Shown here: positions 42,136-52,908 of the stretch, piece by piece
Layout of the letters: the number at the start of each line of letters is the position of its first letter
How positions within the stretch are numbered: position 1 is the first letter of the stretch
From: Andalucia godoyi And28
Lineage: Eukaryota; Protista; Jakobida
Direction of reading: 5' to 3'
Length of the DNA stretch: 64,000 bases
Assembly (NCBI GenBank): GCA_009859145.1
Contig: VRVR01000001.1
Span: 326,463-390,462, forward strand
Position numbers and translations under genes: made by a program
The notes under the pieces: generated by a model
Database searches by the model: none
What the model was told of the DNA's origin: nothing
The model's input: the letters and a program-made list of their open reading frames with translations, nothing else

Positions 42136-43145
42136 ACAGTATGGCTGAGTTGACAGCCGTCGACATTGCTGTTGAATGAAGGATGACCTGCAGATTGCTG
42201 CTACCGGTTGTTGTTGCTGATGTTGCTGTTGTTGCTGTCGTCGTTGGTGTTGATGTCGCGACGGCGTAGGTGTGCAGGTTGAGGCCCAATGAGAGACACT
42301 GTCGAATATTGAGAGCCGCCTTCTTGTCTCGGGACTTCCAGCGCCGAGCCGTGCAATTGGCGGATTCACAGTATCGCAAACCGCCCCTTCCGGAGACGAT
42401 GGCTTGGATCCTTTTGAGAAGGATGCTGGAATGATAGTTGAAAAGGTTTGTTTTGTATTGTACTGTTGGGAATGAGGCTTGATGGCTTCCGTGTCCAGAG
42501 CAATTCTTTGCATGGATCGATGCTGCCCACCGTGCGCAGTGTCGAATCCCTCCAGGAACCAAGTTTGGGACTCTGGTTCCGTTTCGCATATGGAACAGAA
42601 GAAGATGTTTGAACAGAATGGACGCGTTGCAAGAGATTTTGCTGATATGCGTTACCATATCCTCCAAGGCCTGCTTGAACGCCCGTTGGTGCGCTTTTCC
42701 CGTCTTCCGCTTGTTGGATCTCCGTGAGAGCCTCTTCGACAGATAGCACTTGACAACCGATTCCTTGTAATCGATGATTCCTCCGCCGCGGCCTCTCTCT
42801 GCGTGTGTGTGGGTGTGACGCACAACATTGCCAATCAACAGAATGAATACAATATCCGCTCGATTGAAAACAGCGAATGAAAGATCGAGAGAGAATCAAC
42901 AAGTTGATAAATTGCGGAATGGCAATAAAAGAATCTCGCTGAAATCCCTAGTTCTTTCCTTGTTCCCAAGGTCCAGACGGTTTCTAACGAATGCACTCAT
43001 TGATCCATTCGAGAGCTCTGAACGAAATGCAGGTTGTTTCTGGTTTGGGGTGCGCAGACCCACGGATGTCCACTCAAAGGGGATCTTCATTGGATGGGCG
43101 CTGATGCTGATTGTAAAAAGTCACTTTTACCAATGCTTCGGCGAT
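42136..43145 (-). mobile_element. Internally deleted Fanzor1 element, copy B (longest family member; ends degraded)
   Basis: Retains Fanzor1-like N-terminus (VKCYLSKRL..ISKISCNASILFKHLLL..VPNL, YKTNLFN..KRI) fused to C-terminus GLRYCESANC..SRDKKAALNIRQC (Zn finger + RuvC-III D); about 330 bp identical to copy C. Confidence 0.8.
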
Positions 43146-43260
43146 TTCAGGCTTTTTAAAATTCCCAATTTCCAAATCAAAATCTGCCACTGCTTTTCCT
43201 TTTCCGGGATTCGTGCGTTCTTTCCCATAGGACAATCAGCCCCTTTTGCAGAATCCCAGA

Positions 43261-44028
43261 ATGTCAATACCTGCTGCCGATATCCGTGAAGACAGTGAGC
43301 TGTTCGAGTTTCATAATGATGCTCAGTTTGGCAATGCCTCGGACACGTTGGCAATGGAGTCCGAGGCCCTGTTGCCGTCCTTCGAGCCTGTTCAGCTTGT
43401 AACTCCACAAGTCGCGCCGACCCACACACAGTCTTCGTTCCGTGTTTGGCAAGTTGGCTACTATCGTCCTTACTTCGATGTGGACACTATGCAGGTGTTG
43501 TACAAGTGCCTGATGTCCATTGTACCAATTCCGAAACGTCTTCAGGAGGCTTTCGCGCAGCCTGACCTTTGGTGTCCTGTGTGGATGTCGACAACGCTCA
43601 TTTTCTTCCTCGCGGTCTTTGCGAACTTTGCCTCGTACTTGATTTCTACTGAAAAGTGGACCTATGATTTCTCAAGAGTTACCATTGCTTGTGGCGTCGT
43701 GTACGCCTTCTTGGTAATTTTCCCTGCTGTTTTGTGGGTTTTCTTTAAGTTTCAGACTGTTCCTTGTAACTGGGTGGACCTCCAAAGCAAATACGGCTAC
43801 CAATTTACGCCATTTGTGCTAGCTTCCGCATTCTGTACAATTCCAAACGACGAGCTGAGATGGTCCCTGGTGGTGATCGCACTTCTGCAATCGGTCACGT
43901 TCTTGTTCATTTCGATGCGCTCATATACTTCGCAGCTTCGGTACCATGCTGCGCTGCTAGTTTTCAGTGTGACTATCATTGGTCAGGTTGGATTCTCTTT
44001 GGCCTTCAAGCTGTTATTCTTTTCATGA
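43261..44028 (+). CDS. YIPF1: Yip1-domain Golgi membrane protein (YIPF1/2-like)
   Basis: WQVGYYRPYFDVDT.QV, PDLWCPVW.STTLIF, YGYQFTPFV. Confidence 0.88.
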   Translation: MSIPAADIREDSELFEFHNDAQFGNASDTLAMESEALLPSFEPVQLVTPQVAPTHTQSSFRVWQVGYYRPYFDVDTMQVLYKCLMSIVPIPKRLQEAFAQPDLWCPVWMSTTLIFFLAVFANFASYLISTEKWTYDFSRVTIACGVVYAFLVIFPAVLWVFFKFQTVPCNWVDLQSKYGYQFTPFVLASAFCTIPNDELRWSLVVIALLQSVTFLFISMRSYTSQLRYHAALLVFSVTIIGQVGFSLAFKLLFFS

Positions 44029-44913
44029 GGATTCCCGTTTTAGTCGAATGTACTCCTGAAATGCCAGGTAGTCTCGTGGACGATTGCCCTGGAAATCTTC
44101 TCTGTTCATATCCGCCCCATAACTCACCAGCATGTTTGTCAATTCATATTCTTGAATGTGAGACTTCAGCACGATATGCAGTGCAGTTTCTCCATTTCCA
44201 TTTGCAGAGTTCACAAGAAAGGCACCGCGTTCGCAAAGACTTTCGAGGGAAAGAATCGCGTTTTCCTGGGCGGCAATGTGCAGTGGCGTGTTCTTGGCGT
44301 CGTCTCGAAAATCCGCATTTGTAAAGGTATGGAGACATTCCTCTACAAACTCTGCATCGTTGGCTGCTGCTGCATAGAACAGGGAATTCCAACCTTTCGG
44401 CCCTCGAGCAAACAAGTTGGCGCCACACTCCCGGAGAACTTTGCTGCAAGCAACAGACGAATGTTGATATGCGGTCATGATCGGAGTCATGTGGCGCCTG
44501 CACATTACGTCCACAAATGCACCTTTGTTTATCAACAAATGAACCACTTGCACGTTGTTCGCGCGGCATGCCCAGTGTAGGGCTGTTTCTCCATTATTGT
44601 TTCTCGCAGTAAGATCAGCATGACGGTCAATGAGCAACGACACCAGATCAACCCCGGAATAAAACGACGCATCATGCAGAGGACGGCAGCCTGAAGAACA
44701 GTCCTCGTTCACAGGCATTCCGCAGTCCAGCAATCTCTTTACCACCACGCTTCTTGCATTTCTGCAGGCATAATGCACAGCACTTCGCCCAGAACCGGAG
44801 CGAGCACGAAGTAAAGTGGGACGGTACTTGTTGAAAAACCTCAAGATGATGTGGTCGGACTCGCAGCGCAGCAGCAGTCGAAACTTCGATAAGACCCGGC
44901 TTTCTTCATCCAT
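44023..44913 (-). CDS. Ankyrin-repeat protein
   Basis: Repeated G.TALH.A motifs (GRSAVHYA, GCRPLHDA, GETALHWA, KNTPLHIA, GETALHIV). Confidence 0.92.
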   Translation of the reverse strand: MDEESRVLSKFRLLLRCESDHIILRFFNKYRPTLLRARSGSGRSAVHYACRNARSVVVKRLLDCGMPVNEDCSSGCRPLHDASFYSGVDLVSLLIDRHADLTARNNNGETALHWACRANNVQVVHLLINKGAFVDVMCRRHMTPIMTAYQHSSVACSKVLRECGANLFARGPKGWNSLFYAAAANDAEFVEECLHTFTNADFRDDAKNTPLHIAAQENAILSLESLCERGAFLVNSANGNGETALHIVLKSHIQEYELTNMLVSYGADMNREDFQGNRPRDYLAFQEYIRLKRESS

Positions 44914-45256
44914 ACCCACCAATCAAACTTTCCGACAAACTACTTCAACCCCACGCTGAGGTTTGAAGACAAAAACTGCCAGAGCTGAAATAGTAGATGC
45001 AACGGAGGAGAAAAGACGTTCCAAAAACAAAACAAAAAATGCCAAATCTGCAACTCAATCTCTCGGTTGAGGAACGTTTGCTTTCTGGAACTTGGAAGAA
45101 CAGGAAAAAGGGAACCTCCTCTCGAGGAAAATTGAAGGTGCGACGGAAGCACTTTCTGTCCGCTCGACCATTTCGTTGTCGGTTTCTTCACAGGAGGATG
45201 CTGAATGACGCAGAAACCAGGTTGATGAGCTATTCCGGGATCTGTTTCCTCGTGCA

Positions 45257-47050
45257 ATGATTGTTCACATGTTGCTGTTGATTGGACTGCTGTTGTTGTA
45301 TTTTGGAGTTTTGGTTTCCTCGAATTTTGCGTACGTTGGGGGGGCCCATTCGTTCTCATGCATGTCTAGTTTTCCTTGGATGCTGGATGGTGTCCTTTCG
45401 GGACCCTTTGGATCCTCTTTTCGAGATCCCTTTTTCATCGAATCGATGAATATGCTTGTTGTGCCTTCTACTTCGGGCCACATAACTGGCTTTGATATGC
45501 GCACCTTTCGCGTCGCTGAAGGCTTCCCTCGATTTTACGACAATGTCAGATATTGTTCTTCTCCTATCATAACTGATGTCAATCACGATGGAATTGTTGA
45601 GATTGCTTCCGTGGCTGAGGATGGAACCATTCAGTTTTTGCATCTCGATGGCTCCGTGGTTCCTGGCCTTTCCTTCAACATTTTCGAATCGTTGTTTGCG
45701 CATTCCGGCGGTTATGCTCCATCTGAAGATCAAGACGTTCAATTTGTGTTCGATCATGGGGATTTGACGGATGAAGCTGTGTCCAGCATGCGTTTGTTTT
45801 CTGAGTTCCTGAACAGTCAGCCAACAAAGACTCTTTTGGAAGACTCTTTTCCACAGCTTTCCGTTTGTTCGCTATCGATGCTGGATCTTGATGGAGATGG
45901 AAACCTGGAATTTTTGATGACAGCTGTATCATCTTCCCCAGAAGATGTTGATGGTTTTATAATTGCAGGCTTCAAAGGTGATGGTACTGTGTTCTATCAT
46001 CCAGATATTGCAAACCTTGGATGCTCGTCGCACGTACTTGTGCATCTCGAAATTGATATCAACGGAGATGAAATTGCTGACATTATTTTGTTGACGAAAG
46101 ATGGTTGCGTGACATGCGTAGACGGTGTATCTGGAAAAGTTGCCCCGGGGTTTCCGCTTTTCATAGATCCTCCGCCGCAGGACATGATCGTATCAGATAT
46201 TAATTTCGACGAAAGAGTTGAAATCTGCACAGGGTCTTCGTCAGGAAGCATTCGGTGTATGGATGCTTCAGGCGTGTTTATCTGGGAATATGTAGTTTCT
46301 GGTGCTGTTAGAAATCTGTTGTGGATTTCGTCAAAGCAAATGTTTTTTTGTTTGACTGTTGATGGCTATGTGTGGCGATTGGATGCTCATGGAATGGTTT
46401 CCGAGGGTTTTCCATCTAAATTGGAACCGTGGTTTGAGAATCCTGTGCTGTCTGGAAAACTGGTACATTGCGGGACGGATGTGGTGTTTACCGCTGGTCA
46501 TCGTCTTTATTCGGTGAACTCCCAGTCAGGGTGCTTTTCTTCGACCGAGATTTCGCCGTACGTTGAAGGATTTCCAACTTGTGTGCATAACGCTAATGAC
46601 GGCAGTGTAGGGCTGTATCTCTCCGCTCGTGATTCTGTATACATGTTCTCATCTCAGTTTGCTGAATCTACAAGCTCACCATTGATGGCTGTTGCCCGAC
46701 AACCAGAGTGTTTGACCAATGGCGTGTGCAGGGTGGACTTGAGACTGTCATCAGAATCCTTGTCTGTGCGACTGTTCGCAGGGACACTTGGCCTATCTTC
46801 ACGTGCTTCAATGACCCGGGAACGCGGAGTACTGCGCGTGGAATTGCCCAACTCTCAGGCCTGGGGGTGCATCGAAATTGTCTGTTGCGAAAAATGGTTG
46901 TCTTGCCAGCATATCTTTGTAACCTTTCAAACCATGGAATCCAGCAAACAAGTTGATTGGATGTCTTCGTCAGCGGCATTAGTGATATGGACCGTCTTTG
47001 TTAGCTATCTCGTGATCAGTCGAGTCGGGGATCGAAAAATCAGTCCATGA
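45257..47050 (+). CDS. Secreted/membrane FG-GAP-repeat beta-propeller protein (DEX1-like)
   Basis: Signal peptide; DVNHDGIVEI, DLDGDGNLEF, DINGDEIADI, DINFDERVEI loops; C-terminal hydrophobic helix. Confidence 0.75.
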   Translation: MIVHMLLLIGLLLLYFGVLVSSNFAYVGGAHSFSCMSSFPWMLDGVLSGPFGSSFRDPFFIESMNMLVVPSTSGHITGFDMRTFRVAEGFPRFYDNVRYCSSPIITDVNHDGIVEIASVAEDGTIQFLHLDGSVVPGLSFNIFESLFAHSGGYAPSEDQDVQFVFDHGDLTDEAVSSMRLFSEFLNSQPTKTLLEDSFPQLSVCSLSMLDLDGDGNLEFLMTAVSSSPEDVDGFIIAGFKGDGTVFYHPDIANLGCSSHVLVHLEIDINGDEIADIILLTKDGCVTCVDGVSGKVAPGFPLFIDPPPQDMIVSDINFDERVEICTGSSSGSIRCMDASGVFIWEYVVSGAVRNLLWISSKQMFFCLTVDGYVWRLDAHGMVSEGFPSKLEPWFENPVLSGKLVHCGTDVVFTAGHRLYSVNSQSGCFSSTEISPYVEGFPTCVHNANDGSVGLYLSARDSVYMFSSQFAESTSSPLMAVARQPECLTNGVCRVDLRLSSESLSVRLFAGTLGLSSRASMTRERGVLRVELPNSQAWGCIEIVCCEKWLSCQHIFVTFQTMESSKQVDWMSSSAALVIWTVFVSYLVISRVGDRKISP

Positions 47051-47747
47051 TGCCATTCTCTTGAGTGTTCAAGAAGCGTCGCAAAGTCGGTATCGACGTG
47101 AAAAACTGTGCTAGACAGGAATCAAACAATGACTTTTCGACTCCTTTCATCGACAAGTTTTCTTTTGTCGATTGCAAAATCTGATGAGCAGAGAGTACCA
47201 TGAATTGACGATTTTGATGGAATACTCGCATGCACTCTTGCATGAAAGATCCACGATTTTCATCGCGGATTTCACGACGCAACGAGAATATAGCTTCAAA
47301 CAACTGAATGAAGCCCTCCACAGTCGAAACTTGGATCAACGATGTAATTTGGATCAATTCTCGTGTCATTTCGCCATCTTTGGACGACAATGATTTGATC
47401 ATCACAGGAGAAAGAATCCGAGAACAGCTCGGAAATTCTGTAAAAACGCAGTTCAGTACCTGAATCCCCTTCAATCGCACAACAGGAGAATCGTCGGTCA
47501 ATACATCTAAAACAGCGGTGCCAGCAGTTTCAGCCGCGAATGCATGAAATCGGACAACATTCAGAATGCACTCCAATGTTTTCACTCGGACCGCTTCTGA
47601 ATCGTCTTCGAGTAACGTCATGAAAATTCCTGCGTGAGGATGGCTGGAAAAGTCGGAGCGACGGAGATCATCTTTTGAGAACATTGCAGAGATCACAGAA
47701 CTGGACACAAACTCACAACAGGAGCCAAGAAAATCCAGCAGAGTCAT
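47040..47747 (-). CDS. Short HEAT-repeat protein resembling an Integrator subunit 4 segment
   Basis: AGIFMTLLEDDSEAVRVKTLECI...VLDVLTDDSPVVRLKGI parallels INTS4 GAFVHGLEDE..EVR..A...L.DMFNDE..EVRL. Confidence 0.55.
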   Translation of the reverse strand: MTLLDFLGSCCEFVSSSVISAMFSKDDLRRSDFSSHPHAGIFMTLLEDDSEAVRVKTLECILNVVRFHAFAAETAGTAVLDVLTDDSPVVRLKGIQVLNCVFTEFPSCSRILSPVMIKSLSSKDGEMTRELIQITSLIQVSTVEGFIQLFEAIFSLRREIRDENRGSFMQECMRVFHQNRQFMVLSAHQILQSTKENLSMKGVEKSLFDSCLAQFFTSIPTLRRFLNTQENGIMD

Positions 47748-48129
47748 TTTTCCTGATATTCCAGTCTCGCATGTTGTCAACAGCAAGCAGCAAAAAGAAA
47801 GGGCTTCAGAATATGATCGGTTACCGGCGAAGCTGCCATTCATTCGCAATCTTGCACAAACCAAATCCCGATCAGTTGGCAACTATATTTTGTTAAACTG
47901 TTCTCGTTGTGTTCGATTATTATTGTTCATTATCTCAGACAACATGCTTGGGAACACAACGTAGGAAGGGGGGAGGGGGGTTCCCCCATCCGGTTAAGAC
48001 TAAATAAAAACGAAATATCCCTCTCCACCGATTTCGCATTTTTACGTGTTTCTTATTTCGTTTTGATTTCGCTGTTATCATTCACAATTGAGATTTGTTG
48101 AAAAGCTACAGTGTACCCGTACTTCTTTT

Positions 48130-48500
48130 CACCAATGATTCTACAATAACCCCCAGCTTCGCGAGTTTTCTGCGCGAACGATGATGTCGCATTGCTCCCG
48201 AAGTTTGAGACGTCCAACATGGCGTGCCGTGGGCAACGCCGCCACATTCGATGCAAGACTGCACGCCAGATGCTGACGTGGGGCCACTCTCAATTCTGCC
48301 CAGAGACTGCTGTACGATCATCGTGACGGAAGAGCACTACACGTCCAAGACATGTGGGGTGTGTGTGAGCGTGTGTGCGAACATCCATCAGAAGTTGGGA
48401 AGGCGCACGGTGTTATCAAAATCGAGCATGTGCAGCGGTAAATCGAGACTGGAATGGAGCACGCAAAGTCTATTTGAAGAACACGGTGCGCATGCACTTG
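48130..48500 (+). pseudogene. Fanzor2 C-terminal relic (RuvC-II, zinc finger, RuvC-III)
   Basis: FCANDDVALLPKFETSNM..RRHIRCKTARQMLTWGHSQF / IIVTEEHYTSKTCGVC..IHQKLG / NRDWNGARKVYLKN. Confidence 0.9.
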
Positions 48501-51500
48501 CGTGTTGTTGGGGTCTGCCCCCCTGGACGATTGATTCGCAGCATCGATTGTCATGCAACATTGCAACGGTACCTTAGAATGGATGCTGAGCATCGCAAAA
48601 GTGCAAAAAAAAAAAAAACAAGAAAAGAAACGGCGTCCTTCTGCAGTTTCGGAGATACGTGCTTGGTACAGCAGGCAATAGTCTGCTTGACTGTTCCCAG
48701 CAGAAGTCCGACACCGGCTCAATGTGTCGTCCAAAAATGCTGATCTGAGCATTGCTGAGAAGAAAGCGTTTTCTCAAATGTTTTTCGAAACTGGGTGGCG
48801 GTGTGAGATTTTGTTGTGCCCTGAAATGTGCACAGATGCTGATTGAATTGCAAGAGAATCACCTTCTGCCTTCGACGAGAAGAGCAGATGGCTTTCTGAG
48901 GAATTGTTTCTGCCAGCTGTCTAAATTCTGTGGTTGGATGCATCACAAACGTCGTATGTTTTTCACTAAAAGACAACCGGTCATTTGGCGGGAAGAATTA
49001 GACTGGTATCCGCGTGAGTCCAAAACATTGAGAATCGCGGATGCCAATTGACCGTTTCTCATGTGATGCAATAATCATAATTCGCGAATGTTGCTGGTAG
49101 CAGTCATGGCCTGATGTGAGGACGACCGTGCAGTCGATGATGAGATGATTTACTGTTGAAAGCTTCTTCCAAGGTGTGTCACTGAGAATTTCAGGCTATT
49201 GCTGAACGAGCTTCCATTTCCGACCAGTAAGACGGTAAAGGAATGTGAGCAGCAAAATATATAACAAGCAAGCAGCGAACGAAATAGTAATTCTCGAGAG
49301 TCTGTGACGTCGTTCAGCTGTCACAGGAAAAGAGCCATTCCATGAAAACGCAGGCCTGCTTTCAAACCATGAAACCTGTTCACTACTCGTCTTCAGGAAG
49401 AAAGCAAAACAGACCGACAGACAGCGGAACCGAGAGGTGCTAGGTCATTCAGCAGAAGCGCCTGCGAGCTGATTGTGAAGTGTTGAACGGGAATTAGAAT
49501 ATATTTGTAAAGAACACCTAAACAGCGCAACCGAAAACAAAGGACAGACATCGGAACTGGAGACTGCCATACTTTTTCCATGCAGCTGCAGCGTCACAAG
49601 ATCTTCCAGAGGAAGGCGACACTAGACCGCATAACTGCTTGAATCGCAGACAAGTATTCTTGATTGCAAGACCAGTCGGCTGGGATCAACAGGACAGCCG
49701 ACGAGCTGATCTGTTGCACTGAAGATTCGCGATTGTTGCAGTCCAGATCATTGAACAAGCAAATAAAAAAAATAGAAATGAGCCCCGTTCCCAGTGCGAG
49801 TCCGAGGGTCAACCGCTGGACGGTCGATGCTTCAGCACAGTCAAATGCATTCCGGAATACGGCTGTCTGACATAGAATCCATGCGTGTGAAGACAGAAGT
49901 GAGTCGTCGAATTATTGGATGCGCGATCACGAGATCAAAACAAGGATATCATCCCAAAATGATGGCTGGACGAGATAGAGGCATTATGTGAATTTCCTGC
50001 ACATGTCAAGCATAACACCAAGTTCGAGGTAGTTCCACATTACTCGTTCGTTAAAAAGAGCACCATGGCTCACGACTGATGCTGATTAACAACCGTCAGA
50101 CCACATTGATCACAGACGTTTCGGGAAAAAATGCAAACTTCAACGCCTTTTATTACCAAGGCATCCATGCAAGCATTATTCTCATTTTCATTCTGGAATC
50201 GTCTTCAGACAAACCCGCGGATGTTTTCTGTGAATTCTGTTTTCTGCCTGCCCTTTCCGGAAAAAGAAGTAAAATTGGGAAGACTGTGCTGGAGGACAGT
50301 TGATCGGATGCAGCCCTGTTTTAGAGGGTAAATGCGATAACAACGAGTCATCTACACCTGTCAGTGTACAATCATAATCATCCATGCGGAATTCTTTATC
50401 CTTGTTTGCTTACCAGCAGCTGATCACTGTTCGTTCTTTTTCCTCGAACACACACAGACTGAGTTATCCTCCCTTCTGGTTGAACTGACAATTTTGGAGG
50501 TTGTTAGCGTGACCGCCTCTGCACTGGAACTCCGACAACCGTCCTGCTGCAGACGATCTCTCTGCCACTGACCACCTTTCTTTTTTAATGCCTTTTTACG
50601 TTTCTGTCATTCGTTTACGGGCACGGCCTGCCTGTTTGTCGGTCTGCTGTCTGGCATTGGAGGCTCTGGTCTGACCTTCGATGCTGCCCTCGATTAGGCA
50701 TCATAAATCCGTTGTAGTTTTTGTCTGGGTTTCCGCTTCACAGTTGCGTTTTCACAATAGTGCATGTTGTGAGCGCCGCTGACACTGTTTGGATGTTAAT
50801 ACGACAGCAGAGCAGCATCTTAGCAACGCCCGATCACTAATCTACAGATGGAAGTCAACCTTCTGGCAGTGTCAGGTTTTTCGTCATGCCAAAGTTGGAT
50901 TGCCGCTAACTTTGACAACTTTCTGATTCCATCTGTTGCATTTCGAGTGTTACCTGATCGTTTTTAAAAGTGAATGTGACCCACAAAGGAATGACTTTGG
51001 ATTCGCTGTCTCCTCGAATGCGCCGGCAAGTTTTTCTCAGCGGCTTGTCGACTTTTGTGCACTGGTTCCCTCTTCTGGTTTCAGCCTGCGTGGAACTGGG
51101 GACTGCATACATGTGATTTTCTGATGATGAACAGGATAGGTCGTCGGCACTTCGGAATTGCAGTGGCAAGGCACCAAGCTGCGATTTCGCAAGAGCTTGG
51201 TGACCGCTGACGGCCGCTTTATCTTGATGCTTTTTCAACATCCTTGCGGAAAGATGAATCTGTGCCAGTCCCGACTTCGGCGTCTTCAGCTGACTTGTGG
51301 AATGTTTGACTCAGGATGTGTATGTTTCAAGACCATCCTGGCTGTGGTGTGTCGTAATGCTCTGCCTCCCATAAACCCGCTTTTTGATGTTTTCTTCCTT
51401 TCTGTCACTGATTGTTCGCCATATGTGTGCTGTAACTCGAGGTCATACCACGCAGTTGGTAAGATATGGATTTGTTACGTACACTCTGGATCTCTTTTTA

Positions 51501-51739
51501 ACGAGAGGAGCAAGAACGCATGCAGTTTCCCTGTCGAAACACGCAGTCTTGCAAAGTGCGTTTTTTCCTGTCGTACTGGAGTTGGGAAAATGCTCCCGTT
51601 TCGATGCTTGAGTCCAGTGGAGGCCATCCCCAGCTTGAAGTGGTTGAACTGGGTGCTCTTCGACTGCCATCATATATATGTTTTTGTTTCACACTGTTCC
51701 TTGACTGCTGTGTCCGTTTATGATTTTCACGGTGAAGCC

Positions 51740-52888
51740 ATGACAGATTACCGGCTGAAGAAGATAACGTATCAGGGTCGAAAGTCAGCTGTGTTATTGC
51801 AGAACGAGAATGGACCCTGCCCTCTCATCGCAATCGCAAATATTCTGCTGTTGCGTGGCGGTATTCATGTGTCGTTGGACAAGTCCGTGATATCGTCTGA
51901 CGAAGTCATTAACCTGATCGCGGATTTTATGGTGACTCGCATGTCCTCTGCAGGAAACAACAACCCCGATGTTGCTGCAAACCTTTCTGATGCACTAGCG
52001 TCGCTCCCGGACCTCCAATTTGGCATGGATGTCAATCCTCGATTTTGCCGTGTCACCGACTTTGAATTTTCGAAACATCTTGTAGTTTTCGATGTATGTA
52101 ACATCACGCTACGCCACGGATGGCTAGTGGATCCACAAGATTCAGTGACGTTTGCGGTATTGCACAAACTTTCGTATAATCAGGCAACCGAAAGAGTGGT
52201 TGCTTGGCAATCTCGAAATTCTTCGTCTTCCCAACGTAGTTGTGCTGTCGCAGCGCAAAATGACGACAGCCACTCTGAGAACTTCTTTCTGGATATTGTT
52301 GGGTCTTGTTTGAATGATGCAGTAGAACGTAGCATCCAGAAAGTGGAAGGGGAAGAATACCTGGTCATTGACACGTTCCTGGCTGAAACAGCACATCAAT
52401 TGACGTACCACGGCCTGTGCAAACTATACGAGGAAGTTCCTGCGGAAGAGTTAAGTGTGTTCTTCCGAAATAATCATTTCTGTACAATGCTCCGAGTGGA
52501 CAAGGATTTGTACACGTTAGTCACTGACGAAGGCTTTGCCGACGTTGGTGCTGTTGTTTGGGAGAAACTTTCACAAATTGATGGTGATGCACAATTTTGT
52601 TCAGATGATTTCCGCCCCATGACCGTGGATGACCAGCGTCGATTGTCGGCACTCTTTCGTGGAGATCCAGGTGCACAGCGCAAGGAGTTGGATGATCAGG
52701 CTGAGATGGACTATGCACTAGCCTTGGAATTGCAGTCGCAAGAAAACAGTACAGTTGCCCAACAGCCTACTCGTACTCGTCCCCACCAACCTGCTGTTGC
52801 GGTAAACCCACGCACGGGTGCAAGACAGATGAACGTGCAATCGACAAAACAAACTCCGAAACAAAAAGACAAATGTTCTCTTCAGTGA
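51740..52888 (+). CDS. MINDY1: MINDY-1/2 (FAM63) K48 deubiquitinase
   Basis: QNENGPCPLIAIANILLLR, LRHGWLVDPQ, FFRNNHFCTM, LVTDEGF, C-terminal DYALALELQ MIU. Confidence 0.95.
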   Translation: MTDYRLKKITYQGRKSAVLLQNENGPCPLIAIANILLLRGGIHVSLDKSVISSDEVINLIADFMVTRMSSAGNNNPDVAANLSDALASLPDLQFGMDVNPRFCRVTDFEFSKHLVVFDVCNITLRHGWLVDPQDSVTFAVLHKLSYNQATERVVAWQSRNSSSSQRSCAVAAQNDDSHSENFFLDIVGSCLNDAVERSIQKVEGEEYLVIDTFLAETAHQLTYHGLCKLYEEVPAEELSVFFRNNHFCTMLRVDKDLYTLVTDEGFADVGAVVWEKLSQIDGDAQFCSDDFRPMTVDDQRRLSALFRGDPGAQRKELDDQAEMDYALALELQSQENSTVAQQPTRTRPHQPAVAVNPRTGARQMNVQSTKQTPKQKDKCSLQ

Positions 52889-52908
52889 TGAATTGTCGGT
52901 CTTCTTTG

